Positions 1 to 13,473 of a stretch of 64,000 nucleotides of DNA are shown in pieces (position 1 is the stretch's first letter; every line of letters begins with the position of its first letter). Source of the DNA: Convolutriloba macropyga (Eukaryota). The notes beneath the pieces are model-generated. The model worked only from the letters and a program-made list of their open reading frames with translations, was not told the origin of the DNA and did no database searches. Location of the stretch: contig NC_134481.1 in NCBI RefSeq assembly GCF_964194025.1, forward strand, positions 32,984,001 to 33,048,000, given 5' to 3'. A program made the translations under genes and the position numbers.

Positions 1-107
1 TTTTAATGTTTTTGGGCAAATTTTTCAAGTCGGGAGAATAGATGATAAATATACAATGAATGCAACAAATATACAATTAATGGAGAAGTTGATAATGCAA
101 TCTGATT

Positions 108-311
108 TCATTCGTGGTCAAATTTATCAGGTTTGTCTTGAGTGAGTTCAAAGGTGCATTCGATCAGCAGCTGTCCTCCTCCTCCTCCAGTCCATAATTT
201 CCATTCTGATTTCAACTGCTCCCATTGGATCAAATCGTCAGCTGTCCAATTGGTTTGTTTAGTGCCCTCGAAGACACTCTCAACTTTTCGCGTAATTGTC
301 TGCTGAGGGTC
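108..311 (-). CDS. Probable terminal exon of a MATH/TRAF-like domain protein
   Basis: Acceptor cattag|GAC, then an open frame DPQQTITRKVESVFEGTKQTNWTADDLIQWEQLKSEWKLWTGGGGGQLLIECTFELTQDKPDKFDHE ending at TGA (108-110). The F..W..LI.W..L...LLIEC.F pattern resembles the C-terminal half of MATH domains (my judgement). Confidence 0.55.
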   Translation of the reverse strand, partial: DPQQTITRKVESVFEGTKQTNWTADDLIQWEQLKSEWKLWTGGGGGQLLIECTFELTQDKPDKFDHE

Positions 312-508
312 CTAATGTCCAAAGCAACTGTTTCCAGTTTAAGAAAAACTTAATTGAATACCAAACCTCACAACATGCAAACAATTCGCCTATCAATTGC
401 CATCATCAGGAGGGATTTAATGCAAATTGATTTAAATGTGATTCTATCAGTTTTTAAATAGTTGTTAAAATAGTTGTTAAATAGTTGCATAGTTGTTGCA
501 ACTTTGAC

Positions 509-3486
509 TTTATTGTTCCGACCCACTTTAGTGGGGGAGGAACTATATACTCAAATGGGTTTTTTTGTTCAGCAAATTTTGGCCGATCGATATAATCATC
601 GTAGAGAGTTGTGAGTGGTATCATTCAAAAGCTCGTCCAGCGTAGAATATGGAATTAAAAAGATTTTTTCAATGTCTGATTTTTATAGGGAGTTATCGAG
701 GTTTAAAGTTTTGTGAACATTTGTGACGTAATTCAGCTGTTTTTATTCACATTTTCGGTATTTCTGACCTAATTTTGGTCATTTTTGCTAAAATTTGTTT
801 AAATTGTTAACTGTATTGTCATTCAATTTATCTCTAAATATAGAGGAGGGTTGCTGAATTGTTTGATCCGATTTTTTTGGCTGGAATTTATGCTAAATTG
901 TAGAGAATTCAGACTTTTTCGGGACCAAAATTGCTTTTTTAGTGCACTTGCTTTTTCTTTGCTGGAAGTAGATAACTTAAAACTGCGGCCGTATTCTTTT
1001 TCAGCTGCAAACGAGCTAGTTAAACTGCTGCTGGCTTTGAGAGTCTTCTGGGATTACAAATTTGCCAGTTTTTTTGCAAATTCAAACTCGATATTTATAC
1101 AAAATATCTATTTTTGACAAACTGAAAAATTTTGTTGAAAAATTGATCTATTTCGCAGCCAAGCCATTTGAACAAAAAGAGTATTTTGTGAGATGCGCAG
1201 CATTATCTGGGTTGATCTTGATCGCACCATGGATCCTTACGAGAAAAACAAATTTAGATTTTAATGGGGCATGTCTCTTTTTTTCAAAATATTTCCGCTA
1301 TGTAAGTTTTCATGTAAATTACTGACCAGAATTTCAAAATAAGACACAATTCAAGACAGATACTTTTTACAATGAACGAGACCCAACGAGATTATAATTT
1401 GGTTTCAGAGTTAAGCTCATGGTTTTCATTGCTCTGACCAACTGATTTGTTATCTTTTTGTGGCCCAATGACTTTATGTCCCAAATCAAAGATCCAATTA
1501 TCTTTCAAGAGGTATAAAAAAAACCTAGACAATTCTTCTGGTTGTTATGTAATGTGTGTTATGACTTATTATATTTGAATTTTGAATTATGAATATTATT
1601 GTTTTAAGAAAATAGCGGTTAATTTTTTAACTTTGCAACTATTTTATCTTATTTTTCTCAACTTCGGGCACACTCTCAATAAAAACAGGCAGGAACCTGA
1701 TTTCCCGCTGGTTATAAATTATTGTTCGTAACAATTTTATGTTCAACTAATGGTCTCTTTGTTTGAAAGTACGCGTTTTCAGTTCTATTCTAATTTTGAG
1801 CATAACTGCATATTTTATCTATATTTTGCTTTTTTGTCGAATTATTACATTGTTGGCAAGTTCAATTGAAAGAAAGCATAATAGGAAAAATGCACTGCGT
1901 TCGAAAAAGGCGTATCTGGATATGTCAACTGTTTTTGTTATATAGTTTATGCTTTTTGCGCTGAGACGCAGTTATCTCGCAAAGTTTTGTGGACATTTTT
2001 GTTCTTGTCTATGCTTGTCTTTCTTTTTGTTGTTGTGCGCCATATACCTGACAACGATAGGCCTCAATTGCTTTCCCAGGACGTATATCTCAACCAAGTT
2101 ATAAATTTCAGTTTGTAACTTTTTGTTTTAATGACTTTCAAATTGAGTTAAAAAAAATTCTATTTCTCAATTGTAAAAATTTTGCTTTCATTCTCGTATC
2201 CATGCAAAAACTTGTCACTAATTAGGGGTCTCAATTAATTTTGTTGATTCAATCAGTTTTTTTCGCGTTTGGTAATACGTTGTGACTGATTGCTTAGACC
2301 ATTACGTTCATGAAATAGTTTTCAAGATTCCTATACTGTTCAACTTTTGAGTTTCTTTTTGTTGTCATGTCTACGTAGTCCTTTTCTCAGAAAGGCTCTC
2401 TGATGAAAAAATGAGGCAAAAGTGACAATTTACAATTGCTGCAGGTAACATTGTGTAATTATAGTGCCTTGAACAGTGTGATCTCGTAAAACTGTTTGAA
2501 GTTTTGTCTTCTTTAAAAATTTGTTGTTATTTTGTGGGATCGTGACTTAGTGTCATTATTAACAGGCCCAATTGGCTTCCTGAGGTATTTCAACTAAATT
2601 CATCGCTTTTTGTTGAAATCTCAAAACTTTTAATACTTTTGAAAATATTTGTTTTCGAAAAAATATTTGGGTTTTTGAGTTTCGTCAATTTTTTAAATAG
2701 TTTTTCGGTCGATTTATTGCTAAGTCTCTGTAAACACAGGTCACAGCCCGCTTCTACTGAGCTATAATTTAGTTTATATAACGGTTTTAGCATCAAACAA
2801 TTGTTTGTCGGCTTTGTTACTACTGTTACTACGAGATTTCATAAAGTATTCGAGATTTTTTATATTTGAACATTTTATAGGATTTTTGTTTTTTTTTTCA
2901 TTTATAACAATAATTGTAGGACACATTGATTTTGAAGATTTGCGCAATTGGTCATGGGATAAATATATGTCTCAATTGCTTCCTATGGAGATATTAATGA
3001 ATATTTTAGGGATTTCAGTTGATTTATAAGGACATTAAAAACGGTGAAATTAATTGTTTTCAAAAATAGAAATATATTTATGAACTTCGCTGCTTTTTGA
3101 TTTTTTGTCGACCTGTTGACCAGTCGCATTGAGGACAGGTCCGATATCTGTTCTAATGAAGTATAGGTTCAATTGATTCGTTTAGGTTTTATCTGATGCG
3201 AGTTTGATTTTGTTATGATTTTTTTTTATTATAGACGTCGAGTTTTTGTCGTAAATAATATTTGTTTTGAAATTTATTATTGACATTTCTAGTAGTTCTA
3301 TTATCAACAACGTTCCTCGGCTATCTATTGTAGCATTTTTGTTTTCCATTGGTTGTTTGTTGAACGATATGTATGTTTTTGAAAGTTTTCTATCTCTTCA
3401 CTATTTGGTAGCCAATTAAGTCAAGAATGTGGATAAGCGGGGTCGGAACCTTATGTGCGTACGCACATTAACGTGCCTCATTATTT
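509..3486 (+). mobile_element. Non-autonomous Helentron/DINE-1-like element, family 1, copy A (~3 kb)
   Basis: 5' end TTATTGTTCCGACCCACTTTAGTGGGGGAGGAACTA (subterminal IR plus hairpin). 3' end GGGGTCGGAACCTTATGTGCGTACGCACATT..TT (inverted subTIR plus palindrome). Colinear in reverse with 37174-40093. Confidence 0.75.
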
Positions 3487-3785
3487 TTCTTGCGAGTAGG
3501 TAACTCGATCAATTACTTTTTTGCTGATTAAGTTTTATTTTTTATTTGTTTTAGTTTTTGTTCTGATTTAGTGTTTGATTATAATAACCACTTGATTAAA
3601 ATTCTCATTTACTATCTTCAAAAAAATTTAATTGAAAGGTTTTACTGATTTGATAATTTATAATTAGAATCAGATGTAAAAATTCTAGCTAAATGGTGAG
3701 TAATTGAGACTTTAGTTTGTCAACTGTTAACAAAATGACGTCAGACCACCTATGAACAAGTTTAAAAAACATAACAAAACATAGC

Positions 3786-3877
3786 CTTGCAGTACGCTAG
3801 TGATTTTGCCATGCTCAAAGCAACATCCATCCTTGGCTCCCAGCAACAAGAGCAATCAATTGGTTTTAAAGGAAAAT
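3786..3877 (-). CDS. Candidate internal exon of the MATH-like gene
   Basis: Acceptor tttttacatag|AT, frame FPLKPIDCSCCWEPRMDVALSMAKSLAYCK. It joins the 108-311 exon in phase only through a non-canonical AAG|GC donor. Confidence 0.3.
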
Positions 3878-4289
3878 CTATGTAAAAACAAGAGAATAAA
3901 CTCATTTTTTCGAAATCGAACTTTCTATTTTACTTATTGGTGCCTTTTAAATTGATTAACTTGATTGTACATACATTAATAATAATAATAATGGTCAATG
4001 ATTCTGCCATCCTCAAAAAAGAATACTCTAAAAAATTTCAAAAAAAGATTTCATAACACAATTTTAGTTCTTTAGTTAACTTAAAAACTTTTTTGATTGA
4101 AATCTGCTCGGAGGTTGGGCCTTCTCCTCTGAATAAAAAATATGCAATGAACACTGAACTTTGTAAGTTTTTTTGATATTTTCGCTCCGAAGGAAGAATT
4201 CTTGATTGGAAAAAAAGTTTTGCCCAACTGTATTACTCAAGGGTTAGATATAATTGACTGCTTCCAAATTCACTGCTTCCAGTTAGTTG

Positions 4290-7200
4290 GGTAGATTTTC
4301 TAATGTTAGATAACTACTTTCGATAACTAACTGATTATTTGAGCACTTGCATGAAGCTGGGAAGGACGGAAGAAGAGATGATGAATTGGTTGCCTACAAA
4401 ATTGTGTGGGTGGGCCTTGAATGCAGTAAGTGATTTATCAAGAGATTATTGGCGGTCGACTCCAGAGAAGCAAGCATGGACACTGACCGAGACGCTGTAT
4501 CAGTTTGACATACGATTGTCTGACAGTCCACTTTTTTATGAGCGAAGCTACAGTTCGTTTATTAGAGGGAAAGCGGGAAATAGGACGGAATTCAGTGAAC
4601 CCAGTGATACTGCAGATCAAAGAACGCGACAGCAGTGTTCTCAGACGCAGGTGATTGATACAAGAAGTAGCGCTGGCGTTTCTTTAATTGATCACTTTCG
4701 GCAACCTGGCAAAAGTTCTGCCTGCAGAGTTTGGCATTGGGTCCAGCTGTGGTTTGTCAAGAAAAGGAGCTTTCGGTAAGGATCTGTCTGGAAAAGTGGA
4801 AGATTTGAGCATTGCTGAGTGGTAGTAGAATAAGAATTCCAGGTGACGGCGATGAAGTGCAAACTGGACCTGAGGTCGAGTTTACGGATGAAATTTGTGG
4901 TCAAACAAATCAGGAAATTTGTAGAGCAGCGCTGAGCGAAAATGAAAACAGTGGTTTCAGAAAACAAACGTCCGAGGGAGAAATCATTGAGCAGAAAGTT
5001 GAGTCTTGTGGACCAAACGAGCATTATGCTGTGGAAAAGGATTATGTACAGTCGCCAGAGTCTGATGAGCTAAGCGATGAACAGTCGGATGATGACAATT
5101 TGTTTGAAGATATTTCGGATGTAGAGGAATTTGATGTCAACGATGAGAGAAGCGAGACAGGTTTTGCTGCGAGTTTGATCTCAGTAGCATGCGACAACGT
5201 AACTGCAATAGCGAGCGGTTTTGGTGGTGGTGTCAAAGCTAGCAGAGCTGATATGTTGGGAGCCTGGGCCTTGATGGAGTTAAAGACAGGAGGTGTGGAC
5301 CAGAAGTTTTGCAATGCAACACACGTGGCTGATGAGACACAAATGTGTACAACTGAGTGCACTGTGAACACTTTGGAGAATTGGACAAGTCCCGGAGGAA
5401 TTGATCGTCAGCTGGTATCTAAAACACAGAAGTGCCAAAACGATAAGGCAGCAGTTGACCGAAGTAATTTTGCACAGTTGGGAAAGGAGTTGGAGGAATG
5501 GGTGCAATCGCAATTGCATGAAAGTCAGCTATGTGATAGTGTTTTGGTCGAACCAACGGATGAGCATCAAAGGGAAAGTGCTGGAGTTGACAGAACAGGG
5601 AAATCCGATCACAATTCAATGACTACAGTGTTGCACATTTTGGTTCATGATGATCAGCAGCCTAGGAGGGAGGACTCTTGCGGGTTTTCGATGGAAGTTG
5701 AGCAGAAAGTGGATAGAGGGATTGCATCGCGATTTCCGGAGATTGCGAAGCTGCTGCTGAAGAACCGATCGTTGAGCCAGAAGGAGAGGTGGAGCCGTTT
5801 GGAAGCATCAAGACAGCAGTCATGGCAGTATTACAGGAGAAATGGTAGCTACAGTGGAAGAAGAGGTGGACATCCATTCAAGCATCTAAGGAAGAAGGTT
5901 TTCATGTACAGGTGAACGAGTGTATGACGAAAGAAACGTTGACAGCTAAGTTATCCGAGCCTTTTTACCCAATTTTTGTCTACATTGTATTAATCTATTT
6001 TAACAAGACAAGTTGATCAAGCACTATAGCCGTAGGAAAAAAGTTTTTCAAAAAAGTAAGATTATTTGGGGAAATGTGTAGTTCTGGTAGATCTATTTTT
6101 AGATTTTTTTATTTTAAGTGATTTTAGGGTTCCCTGGGGAGGATATATGTCAAAGGCAATAGAGTTTGGGCAAAAACCAATGTTGATGAATTATTTAGAA
6201 CTTGTTAAAATGTGGAAATGCGAAAATGTTTTCAAATCTGATTTCATCAAACGCTAATCAGATTTTAGTGCAGTTATCTTATATTAAACCGGAGCTAAAG
6301 CCAAGTGGTTCAGTTCACTAGGTCGACAGTTGTTAAAGTACGTAGGAGCAGGTCAATCGGGTCACAGGATAACGGCTTGCAATTATTCGGGAGAATAATT
6401 ATCTAGGAGGGAGGAGTGTAGTAGTCCTTAATTTTTGTAAAAAGACATGGGAGAGAGGGAGAGAAAGATATATAATTTAGGTCAAATTAGGCAAGTTAAT
6501 TAGGTGTTCGAAATAATGTTTCTTTCTGAATGGGTTTTTGTTTCGAAGGCGCCAGAGAGGGGATTTGAGTGATATATCATAAACAAACAAATTAATGAAC
6601 AAAAGCATATTGAGCTGTCGATATATTTAGTTGAATTAGCAAAGTTGCATTTGTGCATCAAGCCAAAGTCGAAGTGAGTGATTTAAGTAAACTAGAGAGC
6701 GAAGATTGGAAGTGAAATAGATTCTTTGAACAGAATTGGAAATTCAATTTGAAGTAAACAAATGTGCTATTTTGAAGTGACAAAGATAAGGAGGGTAGCA
6801 GAACTTGGTGCCCTGCAAATGTGGGAGTTATATTAGGTGAACGCTTATGAAATTTTAATGTCAGGTACACCCAATGGTCCTTTCAGGCTGGTATATCTTT
6901 TGGGCCAATCCGACCTCCCAACTCCGAGTTATTAGCACCGGAAGTGGCGTGATTTGAAGGTTTTCGAAATTTTGAATGAAAAAATGACTGTTTGAATATG
7001 ATATAAAGCTAGTTAAGAGTTGCAACGGGTATCAAGTCCAGAGTACTGTATGAGATGATAATGGAAAAGGAGTTAGGATCATTTTTGGGTATTCTGCGGT
7101 AAAAAGGCTGTTTTACCGGAAGACAGTTAGCACTTAAATTGAAATAGTAATTTCGCTAAAAGTTGAAGTCGGATTGACCTGAAAATTGGGGGATAGACTA

Positions 7201-9022
7201 ATTTGGGTTCGAGGAATCCGACTTTGAAGTAGGATTTGACCCCAGACCAACCCGCACGGAACTAGCGCACGTCGGTGCTGCGGGACGTAAAATTTAAATT
7301 GCTCGTGGAGAATTGGTTGTAGCCTTATGATTTTTGGAGGGTAAGTGTAACTTTTCAAGGGCTTTCATATGGTGCTATTTTTAACTTCCGGGTGCGACCG
7401 GAACACGGTGCTTCGGGTTGACCCGAGTGCCAAAAACCGGAAATTGGCATTTTTGAGTGGCCGAATCATTTTAAAATGGTAATAATATGATAACGTGAGA
7501 CAGTTAGTAACAAAAAATAACCACCCCGGTCAATTTTGACGAACTCGATTTTTCGGGTTTCGGCACCCACGACTCCTTAAAAAATTTCAAATTGCAAACG
7601 ACTCGCAACGGCTAATCGGTAGGTCACGAAACTTGGAAGGCATGTTGGTGACACCCTACGTTTAATAGAAATTTTTACCCGAAGACGTTTTGACCACTAC
7701 TTCCCGAGATATTGAGTTCTGAATTTTGGGGTGATCAGTGAGGTCGATGAAAAGTGTGCGCGGTCATTGCTCGTGTTCTATTAGGAGTTAGGTGATAAAA
7801 ATTGGTGAGTAGGTGTAACTATAGTAGGACTTTTCGAGCCAATAATTATTTTTACCAAATTGACCCTTCATCTTTGGCTATTGACCCCTAAGTGACCTCT
7901 AGAGGTCACACTTTTGGGCTTTTAGGAATATTGGATTTTTCGGCGGTTTTTAACTGGGGAATTGCATGAAATCGTTTCAAAATTGGAAATTACAATTGGT
8001 CTTTGGTTTAGGGTTGAGTTTGGCTATTTATTAATCACATGATTTTTGACAGGTATTGATTGCAGCTAGTTAATTTGATAGCGGAAATAAAGGAATAAGT
8101 ACTTTTCAGAGCAACGTTCAATGTTTACTAAGCAAACACTGATTGACATGTCAAGTGCATATATGAGATAAAGTTAAGTGGATTTGTTTACATAAGAGTC
8201 CAAAGGTCGTTTACTTAAGATAAGGAGAAAGTCGAACAATGGTTGCTAGCCGTTGAATGACAGACCATAGTTTGATATTGGGTTGCTTGCATAGCAAACA
8301 AAGCCCTACTACAGAATGTAATAGATTTAAAGTAAAAGTTGCAATGTTAACTTAAGAGATTGAGGTTTGTTTGCTTAAGATAAGAGCGTATTGGTGGAGT
8401 ATAAATTGAAGTGACACAGAAGTTTTAGAGAGAGAGAGAGGGAAGCAGACTTTGGAGATTTTGGGAGAACTTCAGAAGTTTGGTTTCGAACAAGCGAGAG
8501 AAAGTAGTTGGTTTAGTGGGACTAAACTTTTAAAGAATTGTAATCGCAAGAAGAGTTGGGATACCGTGAGCGGTTTTGGTTTAGTTCATTTTGGGAAAGT
8601 GAACCACGGATATTGGTAATATTGTTTTAATTACTATTATAAATTGTCTTGAATTTGTCTTTTCCATCAGAGTCCCCTCACTGTTGAGCCTAGTTAGAAA
8701 TTCAGAAGACGACAGAAATTTGAGATATCTGCATACAGACAGTCTTGGAAGCGATTTGGTGAGAATTTATAGAAAGTGGATAACGTTTGAGTACTTTCCT
8801 ATCCGTTATTTTGCTTTTTATCCACTATGGCTTGAATAGCACAACAATTTTGGTGCTGCAAGATTTGAGAATTGGCAAAATTGAAGGAAATTTCGGAGAT
8901 GAAAAAAGAATAGAGCTATCATGACAATGAGAGTTTTGCTCCAAATCGTTTGGCGACCCTTAAAAATCAGTGTTTGTACCCCATAGCTTTGCTCATCACA
9001 TTGCCACTGTTATAACACCACA
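4290..9022 (+). mobile_element. Probable LTR retrotransposon relic (Gypsy-like): gag-like ORFs, PPT and a long 3' LTR, with no pol and no visible 5' LTR
   Basis: Gag-like ORF 4339-4779 (..TEEEMMNWLPTKLCGWALNAV) followed by an acidic ORF 4812-5915. Polypurine tract AGGAGGGAGGAG (6405-6416) is directly followed by TGTAGTAG (6417). TATAAA near 8400, then an (AG)n tract. The LTR end is uncertain (CTACTACA at 8313 or CACCACA at 9022). Confidence 0.45.
4339..5915 (+). pseudogene. Disrupted gag-like/acidic ORF pair of the LTR relic
   Basis: Two consecutive intronless ORFs (146 aa and 367 aa) in different frames, with higher GC than the flanks. No protease, RT or integrase motifs. Confidence 0.4.
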
Positions 9023-9039
9023 AAAGGATTCAAAAATAC

Positions 9040-9253
9040 TTAGAGAAGTGACGTGACTTGAATATGGAAACAGTTCCTGCTTGTGAAGGAGGGAGAATGC
9101 GATGTCGATGGTTGTGTTGCAGAATCTGAACTGGGAGTTGGCCTTGGGAGGTTTGCAGAAGAGGGAACAACTGAGGAATGTTCCACTGCCATGTCGTAAC
9201 ACTGCCAAAGCTCTGTTCTTCAGAGTACTGAAAGAAGACAATGTTTTTGACAT
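9040..9253 (-). CDS. Candidate internal exon of the MATH-like gene
   Basis: Bounded by ccttag| and |GTATTT, with elevated GC. Frame MSKTL..GTFLSCSLFCKPP..FCNTTIDIAFSLLHKQ resembles central MATH strands, but a second frame is also open. Confidence 0.35.
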
Positions 9254-10371
9254 CTAAGGCAAATGCCTGATTGATTTACTTCTAATGTTTAGGTCATATG
9301 AAAATTAGACGTTTCGACAAATCCTTATGAGCAACTCTAGAACGTTGCAACAGAAAAATTCCCCTCGTACATTTTGAAGTCAATGAAAAATTATTTGTAC
9401 GCTGACTTTTGCTAACTACGACGTCTTCGGTTATGTTTACCTTTTTCTTTCAAGTTGGATTGTTTTTCTTGTCGAAACATAATTAAAAAAAAATTGTTGA
9501 TGAAACGTTGCGTCGCTTGCAGTTCCGCGGGAACAATTATTGATTCCAGAAGCAGATCTTGTGCAGTTTCATTTTAATAATTGGTTCTGGAATCAATTTT
9601 GATTCTATAAACCGATTGCTATAAAAATTTTGGAAAAAATGGCACTGAAATACAAGTGTGATAGAACAAGTGATCTGAACAGATTTATTCTAGTTTATTA
9701 AGATATTTGATGACGAACCAAATGTAATGATCTAATTGCCAAAGCCAAATTGCCAATAAATTTGTTAAGTTGTTCGGCTAATCAACTCAATATCATAAAT
9801 TGTGACTAAATATCTGCAATTGTCCGTTGGCTCAATGGAGGGACGAATAAACTGAAAGCAACTTAAAGTTGCTGAATTTTCATTACTGAAAATCGTTATC
9901 TCCTTTTTTCACTTCATTCGAAGTACCCGATTTTCTATCATATACTGATCAAAGTCTCTTAACGATTTCCTATTTCTTTTTGCGTGACATACAACTGCTG
10001 AAACATCCGCAAACTGCAATAAAATACAGCCCTCTACTTTTCCTCTGAAACCAATAACAAACAGGAAAAAGTATAGAGGACCCAGAGCAACAACAAGAGA
10101 GTCACCAAGATTTATGACGGTCCAGTTCAACGTTGTCAGTCCATTTTCAACGCAGAGTCCATTGTTACAAATGAATGAGAGTAAAATACTGTTTGCGTTT
10201 CCCCCCAAAGCCAAATTTTAACTTTTGTATGATGAGTTGCAGACCTATGCTAAAAAATTGCTATTACATATTCACTTTTGCTCAAACCATTGATTAAGTT
10301 TTTCAGATTAAGAAAAGATCACATCGAGACATAACTTATCTTTTGCCTTTGAAAACCGAATTGCTTATTGT

Positions 10372-13300
10372 AAACAAGGAGGCTCGGTAATGTGCGATAG
10401 CACATAAAGTTCCGACCCCGCTCATCCACAATTTTGGCATAATTTTCTACCAAATGAGGAAGATAGAAAAACACAAAAGTTCAAGTATTTTGCAAAAAAA
10501 AACTGATGTATGAACGAAAAGATAGCCTCCAAAGCAAATAACTCAGTGGTGTAAAAATGATGCATCAGAATGATGAGACATGCCAATATTAGGAAAGAGA
10601 GTCAAGACGAACAGCAAAATCAAACAACAACAAAAATTAATATCAAAAAATTTATGTCCGTTTTAAAAAACAAAACTTAATAACAAAATCAAAATAGCGT
10701 CAGATAAAACTGAAAATAAACAAAATAACTAGATTGAAAATAACAAAAATCATTAGATTGATGAGATATGCCGATATTAAGAAAGCGAGCGAAGACGAAC
10801 GGAAAATCAAACAACAACAACAACAAACATTAATTACATCAAAAAATTTATGTCCGTTTTAAAAAAACAACTTAATAACAAAATAAAAATAGTGTCAAAT
10901 AAAACTGAAAATAAACAAAATAACTTGTAACTCGCCAGAAAAAATGGTTATTCAACAGTTCAAAATAGGGCTTGGTAAAAATTAGACAAAAAAGAACAGA
11001 AATTTTAAAGTTAGAAAATTCGCTGTATTTATTTTAAAAAAAAACTAATTTAAAAAAATTAATTTCAAAGTAATGAAAACCATTAAGAATCAACTAAAAT
11101 ATCCCATAGGTTTACAATTACCAATGCTTCTATAGAACGGAATTAAGAATTGTCGGTATTCAATTTCTTAAGCAGTTACAAAAAGAACAACAAAAAGACA
11201 AAAAACATAAAATCAATTAAAACTTGCCAGAAAATGCTTTGGAAGCCGTAATGCCATACTTTGGCCGCCAAAATATGTTCGATTGCACCTTTGTCGAACA
11301 ACGATAAGTTTTTATGTGACCGCTCATTAAAGAAACTAAGTAACAATTAGACAAAAAATAAATAAAAATGAAAAATTTGAATAGGTTCGTCCATTCTTCC
11401 AAAAAAAGCCCTCGAGACCTGCAATTCTCCAGAATATGTCTGACGTCTACAAAAAGAACGTCCAATTTGACAAAAATCAAAAATTCATTTACTTTTTTTG
11501 TGAAAAACCCGTGTGAAAGCCAGTAAAGTCATAACCAAAAACATTAGATTTTTTACACCATTCCTTTTTGACACCTTCCCTTGAAATGTATTAAGTGGCC
11601 TCTCATTATTGAAACTAAGTAACAATTAGACAAAAAAGAAAAAGCAAGATTATGTAATACATGTTTTTATCGAAAAAAATTTATTTCGACAGACATGAAA
11701 GCCCTCAATTACAAAGTGAAAAAATTGAATGGGTTCGTTTATTCTTCCAATATGTCTTACGTTTACAAAAAAACGTCAAATATGACAAAAATTAAAAATT
11801 AGCTTACTTTATTTTGTGAAAAACCCGTGTCGAAGCCAGTAAAGTCATAACGAATTCATTAAAAACATTAGATTTGTGACACCAATCCCCTATGACACCT
11901 TCCCTGGACAACAATATTGTCATCTTTAACTTTTAATTAAATGAGACCAGATAACAAAAAGACAATAAATGGAACAAAATTGCGAAGTTGAAGTGTTATT
12001 TTTTTTCATTTTGGAAAACAATTGTTTTCAAAGTCATGAAAGCCATCATCTATATTCCAATATCAGAACATCGGCTCATCTACTCTTCCATGAAAACGCA
12101 ATCAAATCAGGTCATTGTACAAGAATTAAATACGACTAACAAGACAGAGTAAAAACCGCAGTTAAAGACAAAATCAAAAAATTCAATTTAATTCTTCGAG
12201 AAATAATTGTGGAAGCGGTAAAGAACCATTATATATATCTTTAAGGATTAAAATATTATCAATTGTGCGTTATTTTGAACACAAAAAATCTGATATATGA
12301 ACTGCCAATACCATGATGTGACAAAACTAGAAAACATGAAAAGTGGGCAAATACCTAAAAATTTTTAAAAATTTGTGAAATCTAGTAGTATCAAAGCCAG
12401 AACACCATAACTTAAGGCGTAAAACCACAAGAAAGACTAATTTTGAATTCAGCAGAAAGAAGGAGCACTCTTCGATTGCTGACACTAAGCTACAAGTTGA
12501 CCAAATTAAGAGAAAAATGGAGGCCATTTTTATTTAAAAATCAAATTTTTTAAAAGTCAAAACGACCATAAGCTTTCAAGCAAGCCCCTAAAAAAATTAA
12601 TTTGGAGCAGATTATGAAGCCAATAGGACCTATCACTTGTGAGCTTTGATTTTAATTGTTCTGTTCTTTAATTAAAATAAAAAAGATCGATTTTTTTATA
12701 TAAAAAACAGACTGATGACAATCCGAATTATTTTCGGATTGTAACGCTCCAAGATTCGTACAAAACCAGTCCTGCTAATGTTGATTGTCCATTAAGAATA
12801 TTTAATTTTTCGAATGTCATTGATATAGATATTTTATTAGTTAAAAATCGATAATAAATGTTGTGTTTTTGATAATCAACGAATAAAGTTAGCAAAGAAC
12901 GGCAAAGTTTTAATTACAGAGCACTCTCAACGGCAATTGAAGTAGAATTAGCCCCCTTTTCAGTCTACAAAGATTGTGTTAGTGGTGTTTGGGTGTTCAC
13001 TTCCTGCAAATTTAATCAGAGTGGACTAAAGAAACTTATTTTGTGCTCTTTTTGATGAAAAAGTCTGAATTTTGTGAAATATTTAGCCGGAAATTGTGAC
13101 AAAAAATTTTTAATGAAAATAGCTGACAATATATTTTGTCTTTAAGCGTAAAATCAACAACAATTTCTTGAAAAACTTTATCAAAGTTTATCAAAATTAG
13201 TGAGATTTCAGTCAAAAATTCCGAAAAAAGGTAATTGAAATCAGCGGAATTCACTCTATTTTCTCGAAAGTTTAAACCTCGATATCTCCCTGTAAAAAAC

Positions 13301-13473
13301 TAAAATCAAAAAAATCTTTTTAATTCCATATCCTACGCTGGACAAGCTTTCTAATGATACCAGTCTCAACTCTCTACGATGAATATATCGATCGGCCAAT
13401 ATTGACTGAACAAAAAAAAAACCCATTTGAGTATATAGTTCCCCCCCCCCCTCAAGAGGGGTCGGAACAATAA
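10372..13473 (-). mobile_element. Helentron/DINE-1-like family 1, copy B (divergent interior)
   Basis: Same termini as copy A in reverse: AAACAAGGAGGCTCGGTAATGTGCGATAGCACATAAAGTTCCGACCCC ... CCCCTCAAGAGGGGTCGGAACAATAA. Shares the conserved ~200-bp core at 13270-13470. Confidence 0.75.

Noticed and set aside
851-3029. Short hydrophobic ORFs inside family-1 elements (also in 11217-13254 and 37783-39426)
   Set aside because: F/L/I-rich products of AT-rich DNA, frames not consistently preserved between copies, no RepHel motifs.
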